Source: an archaeon
GTDB taxonomy: Archaea > Nanobdellota > Nanobdellia > Pacearchaeales > GW2011-AR1
Assembly (NCBI GenBank): GCA_030593225.1
Contig: JAUVHP010000001.1
Coordinates: 1 to 38,756, forward strand
Length of the DNA stretch: 38,756 nt
Direction of reading: 5' to 3'
Shown here: piece by piece, positions 1-6,830 of the stretch
How positions within the stretch are numbered: the stretch's first letter is position 1
Layout of the letters: each line of letters opens with the position of its first letter
Translations under genes and position numbers: made by a program
Notes under the pieces: generated by a model
The model's input: the letters and a program-made list of their open reading frames with translations, nothing else
What the model was told of the DNA's origin: nothing
Database searches by the model: none

Positions 1-1
1 A

Positions 2-1546
2 TTACTTTGTATTAAAGAGAAAACCGGGGCTGTGCTTCTTGGTTCAGTTTCAATTGATGATGTTTCCTTATCTGAAAAACAGCCTGTTTTGTTTATTCAT
101 GGGTTTACACAAGGGGATGAAATAGGTGGTGGCGAAGATACGTGGAATTTGTTTCCAAAGCTTTTGGAGGAAAATGGGGAATATATTTCATTTGAATTTA
201 AGTGGAGAACTAATGCGAGATTTCAAGACGTGGCTGAAGATTTGGTTTCTGCACTTCAAATGATACAAGAAAAAACAGATAAAAAAGTTCACATCATTGC
301 ACATTCATTTGGAGGAATTCTTGCCCGTATTGTGCTTCAGAAGTTGTATGAAATAACAGACGGAACAAGTTATATTGCGTCGGCAATAACATTCGGAACC
401 CCTCATTCTGGAATTTTTGATTCAGAGAAAGAAATGCATGGGGTGAATTTTCCGCAAGGACAGGATGGTATGTTAAGTGAATTTTTTAGTAATTTTTGCC
501 GTCAGATTTCTTGTTATCAAATGGGAGAGGATGTTATATTTGGATCAATTAAGTCTTTGTTGGGAGTTAATTCTGATTACGGGAAAGTCATTGCGGATTT
601 ATCAGATTTGGATAGTTATCCTTTAATTAATAATTTTCTTGCAAAAATTGTTATAGGGCTAATTGTTGATGAAGATGGGAATGTTAGGAATGGAGATGGA
701 TTAATTTCTTATGCGGGTCAACGGGCTCATCCAAGTTTTACAACTTCAGAAACAACTCCTCTTTTATTAGATAAAAATAGTGATTATGGGGCGATAATAA
801 CAGAGGTGGTTTTGGATACGAGCGGACGAGGGTATAAGCATTCTAGATGGAATTTGCCTTTGAAAACTCCTACAGAAGTTGAGGTGTATTCAGTTAATCA
901 TGATAGTTTTCAGTTGGCGAAAGATTGGTTAGATGAAATAAATTCTAATAACTCTCCTATTGCTAATGCGGGTTTTGATCAAAATGTTACAATAGGTTCA
1001 ACTGTAACTTTAGATGGTAGTGGGAGTAATGGCGCTAATTTAACTTATAGTTGGTCAATCATCTCAAAACCAAGTGGGAGTTTAGCCATTTTTTTAAATT
1101 CAACTTCTGTTAATCCTAATTTTACAGCAGATGTTGGAGGGATTTATGTTATTCAGCTTGTTGTAAATGATGGGGAACTGGATAGCGAAGTAGATACTGT
1201 TAGTATAACTGCAAATCTCTCTACAGACACAACTTATGATCCTTCTACTGGATTAATGTGGCAGGATAATGGTTATGTAGTTGAACATGATTGGTATGAT
1301 GCAGTTAGTTATTGCGAGATTCTTAATCTATCAGATTATATTGATTGGAGATTACCAAACATAAATGAATTATCTGATCTTTATGGTAAAAGGAATCAAT
1401 TAAATTCTTATGTTTCAGAGCCATATTGGTCATCTACTTCACACATTCTTACAAGTTATGCATATAGGGTGGATTTTGAAAATGGTGTAGCAGGTCCAAT
1501 TGGGTGGGGCAAGGAGATGTATTTTTATGTCCGCTGTGTTAGATAG
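2..1546 (+). CDS. Secreted-type multidomain protein: alpha/beta-hydrolase (lipase/esterase-like) + PKD/Ig-like repeat + DUF1566 (Lcl C-terminal-like) domain; 5' end probably outside the window
   Basis: The frame is open from nt 2 up to the GTG at 32. Nucleophile-elbow motif IIAHSFGG. PKD-like stretch ANAGFDQNVTIGSTVTLDGSGS..YSWSIISKP. C-terminal TGLMWQD..DWRLPNINEL..YWSST pattern typical of DUF1566. Confidence 0.8.
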   Translation, partial: LLCIKEKTGAVLLGSVSIDDVSLSEKQPVLFIHGFTQGDEIGGGEDTWNLFPKLLEENGEYISFEFKWRTNARFQDVAEDLVSALQMIQEKTDKKVHIIAHSFGGILARIVLQKLYEITDGTSYIASAITFGTPHSGIFDSEKEMHGVNFPQGQDGMLSEFFSNFCRQISCYQMGEDVIFGSIKSLLGVNSDYGKVIADLSDLDSYPLINNFLAKIVIGLIVDEDGNVRNGDGLISYAGQRAHPSFTTSETTPLLLDKNSDYGAIITEVVLDTSGRGYKHSRWNLPLKTPTEVEVYSVNHDSFQLAKDWLDEINSNNSPIANAGFDQNVTIGSTVTLDGSGSNGANLTYSWSIISKPSGSLAIFLNSTSVNPNFTADVGGIYVIQLVVNDGELDSEVDTVSITANLSTDTTYDPSTGLMWQDNGYVVEHDWYDAVSYCEILNLSDYIDWRLPNINELSDLYGKRNQLNSYVSEPYWSSTSHILTSYAYRVDFENGVAGPIGWGKEMYFYVRCVR

Positions 1547-1728
1547 GAACAATAAATTTCTCTAATTTGTTTTTAATATTTTAATTAATCTTTCTTGAAA
1601 AATAGTCGCATAATTGTTTGTTAAATTGTGTGGCTGTTTTTTCTTCTTTCAATTTCCTTTTCCAACTATATTTTTTTTGCAAAATTTCGATTATAAAAAT
1701 ATTTAAACTAATTTTTATTAATTAAATT

Positions 1729-2196
1729 ATGAAAAACTTATTTGAAATTTTGAATATTGCAGAGGAAGATAAAAAATATTTTTATTGGTTTTTTTTAGCG
1801 TTGTCTACTTTTATAATAATTAATATAATTTTTGATCCTTTTAGAATTTTGAATAAATTTGGAATGGGAATTCTTCCTTTAATATTAACGTTTTTAACAT
1901 CTATTTATTTTGGGATGTATACTTATATGAAAATTTTAAGTATTATATTTTTTTTACCTTTATTTTATGTTTTTTATAGAATAAGTAGGAGAAAAATACA
2001 TAAAATATATTTTTTATTATTTTTTAGTTTTATTTTTATTGCTTTATCTCCTTTATTAATTACTATTTATTTTATTTATCTTTGCAGAAATGGTGGGGAT
2101 ATGGGATGCTTCTTGATTTTTGCCACAATCCCAATAATAATTATCTCAAGTTTAATAGCATACTTTTTTTATTACAAATCAGAAGGTCTTAAATAA
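1729..2196 (+). CDS. Hypothetical polytopic membrane protein
   Basis: 155-aa ORF made almost entirely of hydrophobic segments. No recognisable motif. Confidence 0.55.
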   Translation: MKNLFEILNIAEEDKKYFYWFFLALSTFIIINIIFDPFRILNKFGMGILPLILTFLTSIYFGMYTYMKILSIIFFLPLFYVFYRISRRKIHKIYFLLFFSFIFIALSPLLITIYFIYLCRNGGDMGCFLIFATIPIIIISSLIAYFFYYKSEGLK

Positions 2197-2267
2197 TTTT
2201 TATTTTTTTTGTAAAAATGTAGTGTATAAACGTAACATTTAAATAATATGTAGTGTATAATTATATT

Positions 2268-3182
2268 ATGGTATCACTTAGAAAAATTAAAGTTGCAGGA
2301 AAAGGATATTGGATTTTGATTCATTCTTTTAGAGAAGGAGAGAATGTAAAACAAAAGCAAAAATACATTGGGAAATTTCTTCCTAAAAAGGCAGAGCTTG
2401 ATAAGATGAAAAAGAAATTTTTAGAGGAGATTAAGCATAAGGGAACTAAGTATTTTTCACAAGAAGATTTGGAAAAAATTGAAAAGAAAAAGTTAGAATA
2501 TACAAGAGAATTAAGAAGATTAAGTAAGATTGAGAAAGATAAAAAACTGAATGAATTTATGATAAGATATACTTATGATAGTTCTAAGCTTTCAGGGATA
2601 GATGTTACGCTTCGCCAGACATTTTTAATTTTACAGGAAGGAATAATTCCTAAAGAGTTTAAGAGTTTGCGTATAGCCAAGGAATTAGAAAATCATGAAA
2701 AGGGTTTTATTATGATTACAAAATATAATGGGATTTTTAATTTGAATTTTATAAAAAAGTTGCATAGAATTTTAATGAATGGGGTAAATGATGAAATTGT
2801 AGGAAAATTAAGAAATGAATTAAAAAGAAATGTAAAAATTGCAGGAACAACTTATATTCCTTCAAAATGGGAGAATCTTGAAAAGGAAATAAAAAACTTT
2901 TTTATTTGGTATAAAGAAAATTCTAGAAAATTGCATCCTTTGGAACTTGCTGCTTTAGTTCATTTAAAATTAATTTCAATACAGATTTTTGTAGATGGAA
3001 ATTCGCGACTTTCTCGACTTTTAATGAATTGGATTTTATGGAAAAAAGGTTATCCTATGATTGATATTCCGATAAGGGATTTAGAAAATTATTATAATGT
3101 TTTAGATTATTATCAAATAGAGAAAGATGAAAAACCTTTTGTAAAATATATTAAGAAGAGGTATTTATTGGAAAAAGATTAA
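2268..3182 (+). CDS. Fic/DOC-family protein with degenerate active-site motif
   Basis: Fic-core-like segment LVHLKLISIQIFVDGNSRLSRLLMNWILWKKGYP aligns to HPFx(D/E)GNGRxxR, but His is Gln and the second Gly is Ser. The ATG at 2268 is preferred over the GTG at 2253. Confidence 0.8.
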   Translation: MVSLRKIKVAGKGYWILIHSFREGENVKQKQKYIGKFLPKKAELDKMKKKFLEEIKHKGTKYFSQEDLEKIEKKKLEYTRELRRLSKIEKDKKLNEFMIRYTYDSSKLSGIDVTLRQTFLILQEGIIPKEFKSLRIAKELENHEKGFIMITKYNGIFNLNFIKKLHRILMNGVNDEIVGKLRNELKRNVKIAGTTYIPSKWENLEKEIKNFFIWYKENSRKLHPLELAALVHLKLISIQIFVDGNSRLSRLLMNWILWKKGYPMIDIPIRDLENYYNVLDYYQIEKDEKPFVKYIKKRYLLEKD

Positions 3183-3284
3183 TTATTTTTTTTGCAAAAT
3201 TTTTACTTTGACATTTATTTTTTTTGCAAAATTTCTATACTTTATTCTATAAATTAATTTAAACTTCTTTAATATTTTTCTTTT

Positions 3285-4490
3285 ATGGATAATATAAAAT
3301 TTGAAGTAATTAATAAAATCAGTAAAATAAATTTTAAGTATAATAATTTGAAAAAGATTTCTAAGATTGATAGTATTTCTCCACCGAGTGTTTTTATTGG
3401 TTCAAAGTTGAAGTATCCTTTGGTAAATGTTGGGATTTTGTCGCCTTTGGATAATATTGATAATGCGTGGATTTATGACGATGCGAAATATTGGGCAAAG
3501 AATGATTTTGGTATTTCTGATGTTATTAAGTTAAGAGATAATCTTCTTAATTCTCGTTTTCAATCTAAGGTTAGTGATTCTCGGTTTAGTAAAAGATTTG
3601 TTGGTATTGCTCAGGAAATTGCGATTGCTTCTAAGCCAGTGGATGTTGAAATTGAGTTGAAAAGAAAATTGAATTTTGATAAAAGAAAAGATAAAGTTTT
3701 AATGCATCAGGGAATGAGTGCGCCCTTGAAAGGGGCAAGGATTACTAGTAATGTTAAGGTTCATAAAAAAGTTGATAGAGTTATGAATGATGAAATTAAA
3801 TCAAAAGAGGGAATTGAATATTTGTATAAAAATAATTTTGATGAGTATGCTTTGAGTAAAATTTTGAGTGTTGGTGTTTTGGGTTTGAAAAAGGACAAGC
3901 GGTTTGTGCCGACGAGATGGAGTATTACTGCGACTGATGATATTCTTTGTAAGAAAATTTTAGAAAGAGTTAAAGAATATAAATGGATTGAGAATTATGA
4001 ATTATTTTTTGGTGAGTTTATGGGAAATTGTTATTTGATTATGCTGTTTCCAAATGTTTTTAATTTTGAATTATTTGAGTTATATCTTCCTGGAAGTTCT
4101 TGGAATCCTTCTCAACAAATCAAGGCATCAACTGATTATGAAAATTTTTTTGGAAGAAAAACTTATGCAAGTAATTGTGCTGGAGGATATTATGCTTCGC
4201 GGTTGCCTATTGTTGAATATTTGAATTCAATAAAAAAACAAGCAAGTGTTTTAGTTATTAGAATTGAGACACCGTCGTATTGGGCTTCATTAGGTGTTTG
4301 GGTATGTCGAGAAGCTTGCAGAAAAACTATTAATGGTAGAAAACTAAAATTCGGTTCAAAAGAAGAGTTATTAAATTCTGCTGAAATTATTGCAAAAAAG
4401 AAATTTAATTTTGATATTGAGAGCATCCTCACAAAAAGTAAGTTATTAGATAAGATAAATACCCAAAAAAATCTTAATGAATTCTTTTGA
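3285..4490 (+). CDS. Nre-family (DUF650/DUF651) archaeal DNA-repair-associated protein; its last ~63 codons appear to be supplied by an inserted cassette
   Basis: 401-aa ORF with the PTRWSITATDD motif that I recall as typical of archaeal NreA-like proteins. The C-terminal 63 codons have a diverged second copy downstream at 5500-5688. Confidence 0.65.
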   Translation: MDNIKFEVINKISKINFKYNNLKKISKIDSISPPSVFIGSKLKYPLVNVGILSPLDNIDNAWIYDDAKYWAKNDFGISDVIKLRDNLLNSRFQSKVSDSRFSKRFVGIAQEIAIASKPVDVEIELKRKLNFDKRKDKVLMHQGMSAPLKGARITSNVKVHKKVDRVMNDEIKSKEGIEYLYKNNFDEYALSKILSVGVLGLKKDKRFVPTRWSITATDDILCKKILERVKEYKWIENYELFFGEFMGNCYLIMLFPNVFNFELFELYLPGSSWNPSQQIKASTDYENFFGRKTYASNCAGGYYASRLPIVEYLNSIKKQASVLVIRIETPSYWASLGVWVCREACRKTINGRKLKFGSKEELLNSAEIIAKKKFNFDIESILTKSKLLDKINTQKNLNEFF

Positions 4491-5499
4491 TGAACCTTTC
4501 TGTTTTTTGAGCTAGAGTACAAGTGGGAAATTTTTCAGATATTTTTAACATATCTTTATAAAATTTATTATAACTTTTTGAAGAGATACTAAATCTATAA
4601 ACATCAAATTTTCCATAGGCATACTTTTCTCTAAGAGGGTGGCAAATATATTTGCATTTTATGCCTATTTCTCTAATATCATTCATTAATCTTTTATTTT
4701 TTCCATAGATTGTAATAACTTCTCCAACATGTCCTTCGTCAACAATGAAGGAAATAAGTCCCGCAAATAAAAATTGTTTATTTAATTTTTTAATATTTTC
4801 TGGAATGTATGCTTCAAAAGTATTTGTGTTTGGAAGTTTAAAGTAATATTTATAAAATTCTGTGATAATTTTTGGGATATTTAATCTTCCATTTTTATAT
4901 TCTCTCATGGGGTAATTAAAATCCCCAAAGATGTTATTTAATTTTTTTAGAAAATTGTTTAAACCCATATTATTCATTTGCCTATATGATGATACAACTG
5001 TTTTTCTTCCAATATGTCCATCTCCCACAAAATGAAAAATAACTGAGATCATTTCTGGAGTAAGGCTTAAAGGTAATTTTGGATTAGTTATATTATGGGA
5101 TTTTCCAGTTCCAGTATAATATTCTATATTTTGTTCTATGTCTCTTAAAACTTCTTTATAGTTATCTTTTGAAATAATCTTTGATGCTTCAATTAATATC
5201 CACAGAGGAATATTTATATTTTTTATTTTTCCTCTATCTTTTTTTTCTCCAATCTTCCAATATGAAAGATGCCCTGAATTATATTTTCTTTTTATTCCGT
5301 ATTTTTTTGATGATTTATTTAATGAATGTAATAATCCTTTTCGAGAACCTTTTATTTCTTTAAGATTTTTGAAGAATTTTATTCTAAATTCTTTTTTTAA
5401 TCCAATAAATGTTAGTGTTGGATGAAATTCCCAAATATGTATTTCTTTATATTTTTTCATAATTTATCTAAGATTTTTGTGTTTATATCGTTTATGTAA
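4299..5499. mobile_element. Free-standing homing-endonuclease cassette: replacement nre 3' end (4299-4490) plus an oppositely oriented LAGLIDADG gene
   Basis: The cassette lies between the point where the two nre C-terminal copies begin to align (Trp codons at 4299 and 5500). It contains only the HEG and the new gene end. Confidence 0.65.
4474..5460 (-). CDS. Two-motif LAGLIDADG homing endonuclease
   Basis: Two dodecapeptide-like motifs, VIFHFVGDGHIG and FAGLISFIVDEGHVG, about 100 aa apart. Basic N-terminal region. The 3' end overlaps the nre stop convergently by 17 nt. Confidence 0.8.
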   Translation of the reverse strand: MKKYKEIHIWEFHPTLTFIGLKKEFRIKFFKNLKEIKGSRKGLLHSLNKSSKKYGIKRKYNSGHLSYWKIGEKKDRGKIKNINIPLWILIEASKIISKDNYKEVLRDIEQNIEYYTGTGKSHNITNPKLPLSLTPEMISVIFHFVGDGHIGRKTVVSSYRQMNNMGLNNFLKKLNNIFGDFNYPMREYKNGRLNIPKIITEFYKYYFKLPNTNTFEAYIPENIKKLNKQFLFAGLISFIVDEGHVGEVITIYGKNKRLMNDIREIGIKCKYICHPLREKYAYGKFDVYRFSISSKSYNKFYKDMLKISEKFPTCTLAQKTERFIKRIH

Positions 5500-5688
5500 T
5501 GGGTTGTTAGAGAATCAGTAAGAAAATCTTTGAAAAATAAAATAATTTTTGATTCTAGAGAAGAATTAATTGAGAGTGTTAAACAAATTTCAAAAATTAA
5601 ATATAATTTTGATTGTGAAAATATTTTACAACAAAGTAAATTGTTAAAACAAATTAAGACGCAGAAAAATTTGGTAGAGTGGTTTTAG
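5500..5688 (+). pseudogene. Displaced original 3' end of nre (62 codons + stop, no start, preceded by an in-frame TAA)
   Basis: Translation WVVRESVRKSLKNKIIFDSREELIESVKQISKIKYNFDCENILQQSKLLKQIKTQKNLVEWF* aligns with the end of the intact gene, WVCREACRKTINGRKLKFGSKEELLNSAEIIAKKKFNFDIESILTKSKLLDKINTQKNLNEFF*. Roughly half the residues are identical by eye. Confidence 0.75.
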
Positions 5689-5738
5689 GGATAGATTTAT
5701 TAATCACTTTACTTTTTTATAATTAATTAAATAAAAAA

Positions 5739-5984
5739 ATGGGTGATAAGATGGATTGTGAATATAAACATTGTAATGCTATTCTTGCAATAGTTATTTT
5801 GGTTTTTTCATTTTGGCAAGTAACTTTGAATTGGTTTACTTCAAAATGGATAATTGTTGCTGTCGCTGTTTTGATTTTATTCAATAGTATTGGTTCTGGT
5901 AAAAGTAATAATAGAATATGCAGTGTGAAGAAAGTTTCAACAAAGAAAAAGGCAAAAAAAGCTGTTAAGAGAAAGAAGAAATAA
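5739..5984 (+). CDS. Small membrane protein with Lys-rich C-terminal tail
   Basis: 81-aa ORF with two hydrophobic segments followed by KKVSTKKKAKKAVKRKKK. Preferred over the overlapping antisense ORF 5723..6028. Confidence 0.5.
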   Translation: MGDKMDCEYKHCNAILAIVILVFSFWQVTLNWFTSKWIIVAVAVLILFNSIGSGKSNNRICSVKKVSTKKKAKKAVKRKKK

Positions 5985-6222
5985 ATAGTTTCACTATTTA
6001 TATCATTAATTCGTTCAGGCGTGGCCAAATTGAAGAAAAAGTAATTTTTTATTTTTTTATTTTCTTCTTGTTTTGTTTATTTAGATAATTTTTTGTAGAT
6101 TTTTATTTTCAAAGTTTGGGGGAGATTAAGGATATTTTACACGTAGTATTTCATTATTGTAACTCAATTTGGTTTTGTAAAATATTCAAAAAAAGGACTA
6201 TATAAATTTTTTTTATGAAAAA

Positions 6223-6609
6223 TCAATTTAACTTATCGTTGTGGAATAATGACTGGATAGAACAGTATTTTTCCAGAATAAAGTTTATTAAACATGATAA
6301 AACATAGTAATAAATTAATTTTATTATAATGCGGGTTATCAAAATGATTCTCCTAGCTATGTGATAAGGTAATGGAATGTATGAGGAAATATCAATATTC
6401 CCAAGAACCATGCTTAAAGGGTCAAGTGCCCACCTAAATATTACTATAATCCAAACCAAAAAAAAGCCTGGATCAAAAGAAAATGATGGGGGAAATGGAA
6501 CATCTATCAGACCAAATGTTAAAAAAATGGACAAAAAATAACCACCAATCAAAAAAACTGTAATCCAGAATTTTTTCCATGTGAATCTAAAAAAATCTTT
6601 CCAACCCAT
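6223..6609 (-). CDS. Hypothetical membrane protein
   Basis: 128-aa ORF with several hydrophobic helices. Confidence 0.55.
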   Translation of the reverse strand: MGWKDFFRFTWKKFWITVFLIGGYFLSIFLTFGLIDVPFPPSFSFDPGFFLVWIIVIFRWALDPLSMVLGNIDISSYIPLPYHIARRIILITRIIIKLIYYYVLSCLINFILEKYCSIQSLFHNDKLN

Positions 6610-6830
6610 AATTTATTATAAAATAAAAACTATTTAAATTTAATTAAAGAATCAATCTAAGTTGATATTAGTTGTATAATAAAAGATATCTGAGCAGTTT
6701 CTTTTGGCTCTCAAGTTCACTTGCCTATGACACTTCACAAATTAATATTAGTAAAGTCATTCTGTTCCCTACCTTGTCCCCGAGAAGTCGTTTTTTTCTA
6801 CACTTTAATAAAAATTACGCGAATGCGAGA

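Noticed and set aside
5723-6028. Minus-strand 101-aa ORF overlapping the 81-aa plus-strand ORF
   Set aside because: The plus-strand product has a coherent two-TM plus basic-tail architecture and an ATG with an upstream AT-rich promoter-like region. The minus-strand translation is low-complexity.
6690-6800. Relatively GC-rich island in the topA-downstream intergenic region that might be a small RNA
   Set aside because: I could find no tRNA cloverleaf, no C/D or H/ACA boxes, and no convincing extended helix. The overlapping tracked ORFs (6672..6938, 6721..7077) look spurious. Left unannotated.
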